From Albugo candida (Eukaryota): DNA of 64,000 bases. Position numbers and translations under genes: made by a program. The stretch lies in assembly GCA_040437565.1 (NCBI GenBank), contig JBDOQK010000035.1, positions 248,001 through 312,000 on the forward strand. Reading direction: 5' to 3'. Positions 9,955 through 22,580 of the stretch are shown here, one piece after another. The notes below the pieces were generated by a model. It searched no databases, was not told the DNA's origin, and saw nothing but the letters and a program-made list of their open reading frames with translations. Position 1 is the first letter of the stretch. Every line of letters starts with the position of its first letter.

Positions 9955-12900
9955 TTACAATTACTGCTCTTGACTCAATCCTAGCGAATACATTTTCAGC
10001 AATTGCCTTTTTTTACCACTTACTCAGTGAGACCGTATTGTTCTTGTAACTCTGACATGGTGACCCTTTCAGTCTCTCTCCAAGTGACCCGGAGCCTTCC
10101 CAAACTCTTCATTGCCAATGAGTCATATGTCCTCTGCTTCGTTTCTTTCAGCCCTGCCGCTGGTTCCCACGTGATCTGCATAGCATTTGAACGTAATCGC
10201 TTTCGTTCGCAAGGTCGCGTTCCACGATTTCAAGTTCTTCAGCCTATATCTCTTTGACTTTCATTTCTTTAATTAGGCGACATGAACTGTCCGCGCTCTT
10301 GCTTTCTTCAAGTAATCATCAACTAAGTAGGTCGTAGGTCAACTTGTGTTCCTACCCCGTCCCATGACGCTCTACGGGTAGCGTACTAGTGAATTGGAGA
10401 GATCATACACGAGAAACAGTGCTAGTGTCGTTACCATATAGCGCATAGAGGCCATGTTCGCATCCTCTCATGCTTCTGATTTTATGAATTTTGACTTGGA
10501 TTTGCTGCCCGAGATGCTTGATCGAATTCGCCGATGCTTCTTCTATTATAATCATCCAGCATGTATACCATGCTAAGGGATATAAGCTTCTGCAGAGCGT
10601 CGAAAGTGTTTGTTCCTCATACTGACCGAGAAACTAACGCGTTTTTTGTTTCGACATTGGGCATGCATGACGAGGAATAAGTACAACTGGAGCAATTGTA
10701 AGCTGGACGCTGCAAATTACTAGTATGGTTGATCACCAAAAGATACTTTCTATACCGACTATATTTGTGAGAATATCTTCGGCAATAAGAAAAAAATTCA
10801 CACGATACATGCCTGCCATATAATTGAGTATGGACGTAATCACATAGTAAACAGTGAAGAAATATTCATGATTTACAAATCTAGTTATGCCGAAGATCAA
10901 TGGTTGATCCCTAATCAAGTATCAGAAAAGATGCTCCACGACTGATAATATCGAAGGCCAAAACAGTGTCAGACCCGTACGTGCGACTTTCCTTTCTTAC
11001 CAAGGAGCAGGAATAGGATCCATGGTTAAAATTCGATCATATCAGTTTTGGTTGCCTCACAACTAGAACAAGACCAAATACTTGGGTACATTGTGCCAAG
11101 TTGACACATGGTGTAGCCTGCTGATGAGCATCGTAATTCAGCAATAAGCCATATTAGAGATAGGACATCGCCTGGGCTTGTACTTGTGTTTTATGGGGCT
11201 GACAAAATCATATTTTGGTGACTGAAAAAGTACCTTAGCCACTACTAGTACAATGACTTTTGCGCGTTGCATCCTGATTCACCTCACCTACATACCGGAC
11301 TAGAAAATCTCGCCATTATTTCGTAAAAATGAAGTGCTGTAGAGAAGGGAGAATTGAGTTCTATCTCGTGGGACTTTTCTCTCTTGAAGGCATAAACCTG
11401 AGCGACTTTGAGCCACTACCGAGAATCAGTAATTGCAGGAGAAGGTGGTGGCGTCATTGGACCCGAGTCAAGCGTGATCCGGCGTCGCAAGAACTGAAAC
11501 AAGCTTCTGCATTAGTGTGAGTCACAAATGCTTTGGTGAGTAGCAGTTTCATTGACGCATGAGAACAAGATTCGAAGCGCAGTGTGTGCGTCTAGATGCA
11601 TCTGCAGCAAGTTGAAGCACGTCGGTGTAAGGACTGGAGGTACTCGGTCCATGTCGACAAAGGTATATCGATCATGAGGCGAGTTCTTCCGCCCGACCTC
11701 CTTGGAATTGAGTACCCTCCTGAGCATTACTTGTCAAAGTTCGGTTCATACAAAAGACGACTATACTGGCAGCAATCAAACGACAAAGAGAATAATTATA
11801 ACATTATGGTAACGTATAAATCTTAACACGTTTAAAGCGTGAAGGCGTACATGGATCGATTGACGACTGAGGATACCACCCTCACAGAAAAATCTAGCCT
11901 GATGGGGGGCTCAGCGAGAAGGTCGTAATGCAGCGCACCAGCAAGACTGGAACCAAAGGATTGCTCACTGAATGCACCATCCAATCACTCAACCGAGAAG
12001 CGTACAAGCAGTCGTCTGACGTACGTCTTATCAAAATGAAGGCAAGTGGCCGGTGGCATCATTGCTTGATCTCTGTTTGACACGTCAGCGCAGAACCGCT
12101 ATCCGGGAGCCTGATTCAGCTATCGTTGCGAAATCAAACTAACTTTTTAGCTCCTGTTTATGTGGGAGAATGAAACATGTGATGAGGCTGCCATAATAGG
12201 TCAGCATATCAAGATAAGAGTTAGACCGCCTTGACCAGATATTCTTGAAAGCGGTGATAATTCAACCTCAGGTTTCCTGATTGCAACACATCGTTACAAT
12301 AGATGGCGTGTTCTTAAGACGTCCGCTATATGATTTATCGGAAGAGGTTGTTTTACCAAGTAGTAATATAATTGACACAGAACTTCACTTTCTCCTTGAG
12401 ATGATGGTGCAGAATCGAGTGAAGATTACTCTTAATGTCGATGGATGGTAAGCAGGGCTTACGGTGCGTCACGTGGTCGTGGCGCGCGTGAGCCTTACAT
12501 TACACACGCTGCCATTTACAAAACAAATAAAGATACAAACGATAGAGTAGGCTTATAGTTGCGTTGTTGATATTTTATCGATTCTAGTATAATTTTGCGA
12601 TAAAGAAGAAAAATAAAGAGCGCTGTTGTACTCGTTTACACTCTCCAACTTATGAGCATACAGCGCTTGACATAATACAGTACCGGTGACTCGAGTTGTA
12701 TTCCATTGTGTGCTATTGCTCCACTCGTCGTCTTCCATTTTGTACAAGAAACGAATACCATGATGCATAATATTTCGCTGGCGGCATTTATAACTAAAGA
12801 CCGCTGCAACCGTACTGATGATTCCGATTCCTACTCCAAAGATGAGAAATTGGCTCTACGTCGGAAGTTTGCATTGCCTCGTATGTGGAGAGAATGACGT

Positions 12901-15900
12901 CATGGCGAGAGACCGCCAGAATATAGAATATAGTAGCAATGAATACAAAGAAGAGAGAGCACTCAATTATTATAGAAAATGACACAAACACGACCGAAAA
13001 AAAAGAGAAGACACAGGAAAGCATGCGAAAATGTGGAGCTATAAGCATTCACATCCATGATCCCTCAAATTGAGCGAAACATGTATTTTGTGCGAGCATA
13101 TGCTACGTCAACTTCTATCGCCTTGCGATAATGCCAAAAACTCGGGCAACATGAAGAATCTAGCATTTTGTGTTCTGACGGCACGCAGCCTAACGAGAAG
13201 AGCACCAGGCGCATTACTCGGAAGGGCCCGTATCGGAGACTTCCAAAATTGACCATGAGATATTTGTAAGGACTGGTCACGTTATACCCAAACAGAATTA
13301 CTGTTTTCAAAATCCATATTCTGTGATGGAGTGAATAAAAATTTGATCTTTGTGCTTTTTTGGTGGCCATTTCGCCGTCACGGCATCTACACAACCAGTT
13401 TATGACCAATAACTTACAACTACTTAATGAGATCTAGTAGCGCTGATAATTCTACACACCAAATTATCAAAGGATTAGGCCACTTGCGAAAGCCATTGAA
13501 GTACAATGATGTGTTCACACACAAAGAATCCCTTTCTTCGAATGACGAGAAACGAGAGTTACTTGCCTGATCTTGCAAGAAACTAGAATCACGAATTTAT
13601 AGCAGATTTTGCCAGCCTGTTCCGCAATTTTGGGTCGGCATAAAGCTCATCCTTTGAGGTCGACTCGAAACATATGATGGCAGTTCGTTCCTTTTCTCGG
13701 TCACGGAAGCTACTTCTTCAAGTACTTCTTGGAAGTATCCTTCCGTCACGTATGTCGCTTAATTCGCTTTTTCATATAGATAGCATATCGTTCTTGTGCT
13801 TGTTCCGATCATTGAGAAGCTATGAACAAGGTCTTGCTGTTCATCCAGGACTTTAGTTACGTGCAATTGCACAATGCATCTACTTGTAACCTTTGCATTG
13901 TAAACCACCGGCTGCACCAGCAGATGACACGTTGCCCTCCATTTCTATACACTATTTATTTCACTTTCTCCAAGTGTCATGCTCATACATTTGAAGTGAA
14001 TTCCTTTAAATGGGAGTCCCAACATTGCTGATAGAAGCCACGAGATTTTCCACAATAGAAATGCAGACTATCAATTCACACCGGTGATAATCAGGCCATA
14101 CACACTAATTTGAAAGATTTACCAACTACGGTGTGCAGGGATCATCTTGTAAACGACGAGGTGTCAAATCACAATTAGTAATCAAAGTCGTCATAGTGCA
14201 CAGCTCACGACACTCAATCGAGCACGCGACAGGCGTCGAAGTATTTGAATCCCAGTGTGTATGGCACAACGACGACATGGTTGACGTCGAGTACACGGCA
14301 GGTTTCAGAGGTTTTCCAAAGAAACCCGTGAACTGACCTTCCGGAACCTACATGGAGCCTGAATAGATAGCCGACACGAAGCTAAATTTGTGCAGTTCGA
14401 AACCTCCGTAAAAATAACAACTCTCGATCACGATCTAATCGAGATTGATCATCAAATTCGCAGGCGCTAACTCGACGCTGGACTGCAGACTGTTTGCATT
14501 ACTTTGTAACCAACATCTATCAAAAACGTCGACACGATGGATCAACCTATTACCCGCTGTTGTGCAGTCGTGGAGCTATGTTTGTCTGTCTCGAGTAAAT
14601 TTTCAAGTACAAGATATCAAATCCCTTAAAGCGACAATTTAAGATAGAAAGGGTGGTGTCATTTGTGAGAACACTAACTGGAAGTATAGTTATTTCACCA
14701 CACTCTATTGAGAGCCACGAGCACCCGAAAGGTCGACATAGATGACGGAAGTGAACCTGAATACGAGGAAAGAATCTTTCTTTACCAGGTTGTAGACAAA
14801 AAGATAACTCAAATGAAACTTTTCTTGGCTTGATAGTAGGATGTTTGACAACCTCTGAAGCACACATCTTTTACAGATAAATTCGACTCCGATCAATCCT
14901 TGTATCTCATTCTATTCTTTTGAAATTACCTGTGCATCGGTAGCATCTATCTTGAATGGAATGTACTCATAGACCAAAAGCAAATGGAGCGAGCGGGTCA
15001 AATGTATGATCCCGTCTGTCGAATAGTCGCGAGCAAGCTAGTTGGAGATTTTGCAATGGAGGACCGATATTGATATCAGAAAAGACCTCGTGTCCTGATT
15101 CTGAAATTTTAGCAGTAGCAAGAAGGTCGACTTTCCGGTTCAATGGCAAAATATCGCAACTACTTTTGGGATGTCAAAATGATTTACAATGCAGGTCGAA
15201 TTTAGTCATCGATATCGAAATTGATTATATACCTAACAGAGCTTAGCCAACCTTTCTTGAACTTAATCATGTCGGCGTATTGACAAATTCTCGGGTCCGC
15301 AATGTTGTCAACTCTCATTACCGTACAGGATGAAAATCGAATGTACTAATGCGCTCTGTTTGAACAGATTTTGATGAACTACGATACTTATGCGACTGAA
15401 GTTGCAATAAATACAAGATTTTTGCGCTGCTTGCATCGGATGCTTGAACATTTCTTCCTATGCAATGGTTAGTCGCTTCCAGAAACTCGTCACAAATATT
15501 AACAACCTCCTTATGTATTGCTACATCCAAAAAATTTCTAAGAAGATATCATATCGACCGAGCCTCTTTACATTACAACTTCTTAGTCCAGTTAAATATG
15601 TCNNNNNNNNNNNNNNNNNNNNNNNNNNNNNNNNNNNNNNNNNNNNNNNNNNNNNNNNNNNNNNNNNNNNNNNNNNNNNNNNNNNNNNNNNNNNNNNNNN
15701 NNAACAGATTTTGATGAACTACGATACTTATGCGACTGAAGTTGCAATAAATACAAGATTTTTGCGCTGCTTGCATCGGATGCTTGAACATTTCTTCCTA
15801 TGCAATGGTTAGTCGCTTCCAGAAACTCGTCACAAATATTAACAACCTCCTTATGTATTGCTACATCCAAAAAATTTCTAAGAAGATATCATATCGACCG

Positions 15901-16939
15901 AGCCTCTTTACATTACAACTTCTTAGTCCAGTTAAATATGTCTTATTACTAAAACTAACAGTTTACTTCAATACCTAGGCTCTACGCAAGCAAAATATCC
16001 ATAACCCAGATGAGTTGATAAGATGTGGTGCTGTTGACAGCAGTTTCCTTATCCCAACCAATACGAGACTGCCAATAGCTTGTGATAGATGTAAGTAGTC
16101 AATAATGTGGTGTCGCTCATATCAGCGTCCCTACACGGATATCCTCCAGGCTATTATTATCATAGCCAAACGAACAAGGATCACGGTCAAGGTCTTCTAC
16201 AAGCCGTATCCGTACTCGCCGCAATGATTGTCGAGTTGAAAAAACAAGTAGAACATCCTTGCTTTATGGGTCGATCAACCACTTTTTCTACCTTGTATGT
16301 TCTTTTTGATCACAAACGTCATCGTCATAAAAATCATCATTTTCCGAATAATCATCGTCCAAATGAATGTCTCACATGCCACCGATGAGCGACGAAATTC
16401 TCAGCAAATTCTTTATTTTATCCGAGAGTACCTGTTAACCGTTTGATATCAAAATCGTATGATGACGAACTAAAACATTCAGATTCAAGCCGCTAGACCA
16501 AGAGAAACATTGTAGTAACTTTTTTCATCTTTTCCATTGTATTAAGGAGCGTTCCCTTGTCTACGAAAGTCATTATTGTCGATTGATGCAAGCTGTATGT
16601 AAGACAACATGTAGCTCGCTGATGAAGATTAATCATAGTCTTTCCCCTCAGCCATATCGAGTGTGTACGATCGATACGCTCTTGTCAATATTCCAACCCG
16701 AAGTATTTGACCGTCTAGTCACTGTAAATATCACGTAGAGGAGGTTTGTCATGTCCTGATCTAAGCTATTGAATTCAGATCTGTTGCGAGGTGTTACTGA
16801 TTTTGCTTCCGTGTTCCAGAAGCTTCACATCTATTTACTAGTAGTAGTCACTTGCGTCGCTCGTCTATGTCGTCCAGATATGTGCTGTCACCACTGTGCC
16901 ATCGCGTCTGTGTCGCCAAAACTCATCTACTTGGTGATT

Positions 16940-19900
16940 ATCACCCCTTTCCGACAGGAGGGTACACCCTGGTACATGACCAACTTCTGACGTCTTTTAT
17001 GCTGGATACTTTGTTCATCAGGGTTTTTCGTCAACTTGCAAACTCCAAGAAGACAGCAACCACTACTAATGTGTGAGAATTGAGTAGCGTACTTTTGCAG
17101 CATGCAAGTGTCCCTGGTCTAGTGTTCTGAATCATTGCCAGCTTCTTTATTGATCCATGCTACCACCAATATTCCGCTTACGAGCTCCTTCCGCCACGGA
17201 CGAATCATATCGATGAGCCTTTTTCCATCACGCAAGCAAATGGTCCCGGGTCTTCCCGACGAGGAAATGCGTGAATCAAATAGTAGCTTGTATTTTCGTA
17301 AGAAGGATCGAGCACCAAACCCGACTCCCGCAGCGTTCGTGGTTCCAAATGACAGGAATTCCGTACTAAAGCTCACACTCAGATATCGGTCGACCACTTT
17401 CTTTCTTGCCAATTTCTGTGAATCCCATATGATAGACCAGTTTTCAAGACTTTGCTGATTGAGAAGCGAAGCTCTTTTGGACTGAGCATTGATAGAATAC
17501 GCCAGATAGGATGGAGTGCATCGCTATTAAGGAAGTTGTAGTGTCATAGCTTCACGGCACGTTCCTCATCTTTGATTAGCAATATCACGAGGAGGTAGTA
17601 AAGACACATGAGCACTCAGGAACCATCCGTTTGTCGTACCAAATAATCGTTCAATGAAGGGCTAGAAATATTCCAGTCCTAAAAAATGATGGCAACGACA
17701 CACAATGCCATGGCTGTATGTCAAATCATTTGACCACCACGTGGTCGAACACCTTCCAAGTCTCTACCCGCCTCAATCCTCAAGCAGACGCCAGTCGACT
17801 TGACGTTTTGTGGTTCACATCACTGACATTGAGTGTGGTGTGGCCACACTACATATTGAGCGCTTTTAGCAGTGAGACGATACCGTGCTATAAACTCTGG
17901 TTGGCGGCCCAATCAATGTCTCGTTAAGTCACCCGGAGCCTTCATAACCTCTTCCTTCCAAAGAACCATATGACCTACGTTTCTTTCAAGACCTGCCACT
18001 GGTATTTACGTGCTCTGCATAGCGTTTGAGCGTAATTAGAGCGTTTCGGTCGCAAGGTCGCGTTCAACGAATTCCAATCCCGCTTCAACCTATGTCTCTT
18101 CGACTGTCATTGCTTCAATAAGACGATATGATCTGTTCACGCTCTTGCTTTTTACAAGTATATATTGCCTTCGTACTCACAGGTCAATTAGTGTTCCTAC
18201 CCTGTTCCATGGCGCTCTATGATTGGTGTGCCAGTGAATTGGAGAGGCTCATACACAAGAGCCAGTACTAGTGAGGTCACCAAAACGGGCATGAAAGCCG
18301 ATTTTGCATCGCCTCTTGCCTGTGATCTCAATCTCGGAACACGTCTTGAAANNNNNNNNNNNNNNNNNNNNNNNNNNNNNNNNNNNNNNNNNNNNNNNNN
18401 NNNNNNNNNNNNNNNNNNNNNNNNNNNNNNNNNNNNNNNNNNNNNNNNNNNCCTAAAAAATGATGGCAACGACACACAATGCCATGGCTGTATGTCAAAT
18501 CATTTGACCACCACGTGGTCGAACACCTTCCAAGTCTCTACCCGCCTCAATCCTCAAGCAGACGCCAGTCGACTTGACGTTTTGTGGTTCACATCACTGA
18601 CATTGAGTGTGGTGTGGCCACACTACATATTGAGCGCTTTTAGCAGTGAGACGATACCGTGCTATAAACTCTGGTTGGCGGCCCAATCAATGTCTCGTTA
18701 AGTCACCCGGAGCCTTCATAACCTCTTCCTTCCAAAGAACCATATGACCTACGTTTCTTTCAAGACCTGCCACTGGTATTTACGTGCTCTGCATAGCGTT
18801 TGAGCGTAATTAGAGCGTTTCGGTCGCAAGGTCGCGTTCAACGAATTCCAATCCCGCTTCAACCTATGTCTCTTCGACTGTCATTGCTTCAATAAGACGA
18901 TATGATCTGTTCACGCTCTTGCTTTTTACAAGTATATATTGCCTTCGTACTCACAGGTCAATTAGTGTTCCTACCCTGTTCCATGGCGCTCTATGATTGG
19001 TGTGCCAGTGAATTGGAGAGGCTCATACACAAGAGCCAGTACTAGTGAGGTCACCAAAACGGGCATGAAAGCCGATTTTGCATCGCCTCTTGCCTGTGAT
19101 CTCAATCTCGGAACACGTCTTGAAACTGCTGCCCGAGACGGTTTGATCGGTTTCGCGGATACTTTTTCCAGTATGATCATTCGAAATGTATAACATGCTA
19201 ACGGATGTAAGCTTCTGCAGAGCGGTGAAAGGTATTTTGTGTTGTATACTGACGGGAAAAGTAACACTTTTTCCGTGTCGGTACTGGGCATGCGTGACGA
19301 GAGATCAGTACAACTGAAGCAATTGTAAGCTTGACGCTGCAAATTATTTACTCATAAAGAGATACACTCTATGCCGACCATATCGTGACAACAAGGTAAC
19401 AATTCACATTATCCGCTGACAAAATGCTTGCCGAAGCATCGAGTAAGAATGAAATTGCAAAAATATGTTTAAAGGTTTTCAGACAATCACATATCTTATT
19501 TCCAACAAAAGTCACTTATGCCGATAACTAAAGATTGATCAGTAATAAAGGAACAGAAAAAATGCCTAGTGACTGATAGAGTCGAAAGCCAAATCAGTGT
19601 CGAAAGCGTACGTGCGAGTTTCGTTTGTTATCAAGATGCCGGTAGAAGATAGGAGGATGAAGATTATATCGTATCAGTTTTGGCTGGTTCCCAGCTGAAA
19701 CAAGACGCAATACTGTTATTGTATTGTGCTAAGTTGACACTCGGAGTCACCTGGTGATGAGAATCGGATTCTAGCTATACCATATTAGAGATACGAGATC
19801 GCCTGGGCTTGTACTCGTGTTTCTGCTCACTCACGTAGGAGCGATATGTTTGGTCTACTTGAATAAAGAATCTTGCCGTTTCATCGTTGAAACGAAACGC

Positions 19901-21290
19901 TGAAGAGCAGGAAGGATTTCCTTTTATCTCGTGGGACCTTCTCTCCCTTGACGGCTTGGTTAGCGTTGAAGGCATACAATTGAGTGGGTTATGAGCTATC
20001 AAACATCAGATCTAGGAGGAGTGAGTGGAACGTCATTTCCACCCGAATCAAGCGGAATCTGCGTCGCAAGGAGGTCGGCAGAGCCTCTTTCAATAGAAGC
20101 AAGCTTCCGTTAAGGTGATTCATCAATGATTTTGTTTGATTCACGCATTGGAACACGACGCGCAGCGCAACGTATGCGTCTATATTCATCGGCAGCAAGT
20201 TGCAGCGTGTTCGTAGAAGGATTGGAAGGACTCGGTCCATGTCGGCAAAGGTGTTACTACTTCCATTTGCGAGCGAGGGGCCTCCTGAGCAGCACCTGTG
20301 TAGAGCCCGGCTCATACCGTATACGACTGTGTTGGTTGCAATCAAGCGACGAGAAAAGAAGTATCATATCATGGCAACGCTCTAAATATCTACTTGTTCA
20401 AGGCGTAGAAGCGTACATGGATTGATTGACGACTGAGAATTCCACCCTCACAGGAAGAAAAAGCCTGGCAGTAAACTAGGTGGGGACCTCAAGCGATCGG
20501 ATCGCGCCAGCAACACTGGAAGCAATGGCGTCTCACTGAATACACAATCGAATCGGTCAGCCGAGAAGTATGCAAGAATCTTTTTGACATACGTCTTTTC
20601 CAGAAGAGGTGCTTAATCCTTGTTTGACAAGCCAACGCAAACCACAGTCCGGGAGCCTGACCTAAGACATGTGGAAGCAGACTGTTTAGCTTCTGTATAT
20701 ATGTGAACAAAAGATACGATGGGGCTGCCATGATATTCAACATTCAGAGAATCGAGTTTAGATTGCCTTGATCAGGTGTACTGGAAGCGGGGATGATTCA
20801 ACTCAGTTTTCCTGATTGCAATTCATCGTTACGATAGATGTCGTGTCATTGCGACGTCCACTGATATGAATTGAAGCAGTAGGTTGTGTGACAATAAGTG
20901 ATGTAGTTTACATCCAAATTCACCCGCTCTTGAAGACACCCGTGCAAAATCAAGTAAAGGAAAGATTTCTCACAATGTCGAGATTGATGGTGATATGGCG
21001 ACAACAGTGATGAACGTGGCCGTATCTTGCGCGTTACATTTACATTATATACGCTACGTTTTACACGATGAGTAAAGGAAGAAACGACAGAGTAGTCTTA
21101 CAATTTTGTTGTTGGAATACGTTCGCTTTTCAGTGAGTCCTGACGATAAAGAGAAGGAAGTGAAGAGCAGTGTAAAGTGCGCCATGGTCACACGGCGTTG
21201 GTCCTTCAACAAAATCCGTACGCGTCTACACTGTACACTTATCATCAACTTATAGTCTACAGCGCTTTTCATAGTGCCTGAGCCGTTAAT
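16940..21290. repeat. Copy B (shorter) of the decayed unit, lacking the pepsin-fold gene cassette
   Basis: Aligns to A ~7330-8428 and then directly to A ~10025-12700. Contains an assembly overlap (17678-18351 repeated at 18452-19130). Confidence 0.8.
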
Positions 21291-21354
21291 ATGCTCCTGT
21301 TATTTATTCCATTGCTTGTTGGTCGATCGAATTTCTACATGATCATTTTTCTTG

Positions 21355-21914
21355 AGCTAATGGTTCAGACGAAGAGCACACAATACCTTTAGGAAATCCT
21401 TGTCTGTTCTTTCGAAAGCTGCCACTATCTGCTACTTCAACAACTTTGAAATAACAGAAGAAGCAGCGTCCGGTGTTTTCGTCTCATACACATTTCTGTG
21501 TCGATAGAATTTGTCAACAACAGTCACATGAAGTTGCTCCTTCATGAAAATTGATGCTTGGTCTCCACCATGGCCATCAAACACACTAAAAAATGATTAT
21601 GGATGCCAACCCAGCTCTGTCAGACATTCAGTATGGAGATCTTGGATAACAGTGTGCGTGTCCTCCATGTACTTTCGAGCTCCCATATTTTTATGTACAT
21701 CATAATCAAAATGAGTCACACTTAAACACGTCTGTGAGATCAGCAAATCATCTCCGCTTTCGAGTCGAAATGGTAAGTCATATGGACCACAAAGTCGCAT
21801 ATAAGTCCTATTCGTCGATTCCAAGTCATACAAGTAGAATCTGGCAGTTGGATCGTCAAATATAATCTTCGCATGCTTTCTCGATAATTCACCGTCACCA
21901 GTATGAATAACATT
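21355..21914 (-). pseudogene. Inverted partial duplicate of the FHA-PP2C gene (equivalent to ~1205-1765)
   Basis: Translates NVIHTGDGELSRKHAK...TELGWHP, then a premature TAA (CAA in the parent). Carries substitutions and small indels and includes part of intron 2. Truncated by a gap. Confidence 0.85.
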
Positions 21915-22014
21915 NNNNNNNNNNNNNNNNNNNNNNNNNNNNNNNNNNNNNNNNNNNNNNNNNNNNNNNNNNNNNNNNNNNNNNNNNNNNNNNNNNNNNN
22001 NNNNNNNNNNNNNN

Positions 22015-22374
22015 ACGAGACAAAGGCACTGCTTGCGACCGCGTACGCTCAACTTGAGAAATGGACCGATACAAACGCACCAGCAAATGGCATGGTGCTT
22101 GAAGCTGCTTCCATGCACGATCGAGCGATGCAAATGTATGGCCGCGCACTGGAACGAATACTCAAAGTGCGAAAAACGCAATCTGACAAAGTATTTGTAT
22201 CGGATAAAAAGGTTCGATTCGATGGGTTTTGGAAATGTATCTCTCATTGTGTTTTGCGTATAGCTCGACGCACAAATGGAAAAGCTTTTGGAGCAACTGC
22301 AATGGAAACACTGGGAAGAGTATCATCGACTGTGGAACTTGAGGAAATTTCCCCAAACATACCGAAAATTTTAA
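22015..22374 (+). CDS. 3' end of an unidentified gene (5' part lost in gap), probably with one intron
   Basis: Open frame ETKALLATAYAQLEKW...DKK. A putative GT-AG intron (~22212-22263) then gives LDAQMEKLLEQLQWKHWEEYHRLWNLRKFPQTYRKF*. Confidence 0.5.
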
Positions 22375-22580
22375 ATTTTCAAGGGAAACGAAGACTTGAC
22401 TGCTTTTTCTGAACCTCTGACTCGATTTAATACTCGCTACGGATTCTTGCGGCGCTTCTGACAGAGTCCGAGCTCGCTTTTTTGGCCACTCTCAGCCATT
22501 GAGATAATTAAATTAATCGCTAAAGGTGTCAATAGATAAGATCTATCGTACAATTTGATTAAGTGAGTGATTGTCTACCG

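Larger units (their letters stand above)
7090..16630. repeat. Copy A of a ~9.5 kb decayed duplicated unit (stop/frameshift-ridden minus-strand coding remnants plus an intact secreted pepsin-fold gene)
   Basis: Collinear similarity to 29730-38810 at many anchors, e.g. CCACCACGTGTTCGAACACCTTCCAAGTCTC, GAGCATATGCTACGTCAACTTCTATCGCC and the terminal GAAAGTCATTATTGTCGATTGATGCAAGCT...GCTCGCTGATGAAGATT. Confidence 0.85.

Noticed and set aside
15363-19130. Direct repeats 15363-15602/15703-15942 and 17678-18351/18452-19130 (likewise ~28094-28159/28260-28325, ~28866-29012/29176-29321 and 47049-47500/47601-48052)
   Set aside because: Identical sequence on both sides of 100-N gaps; scaffolding overlaps, not biological repeats.
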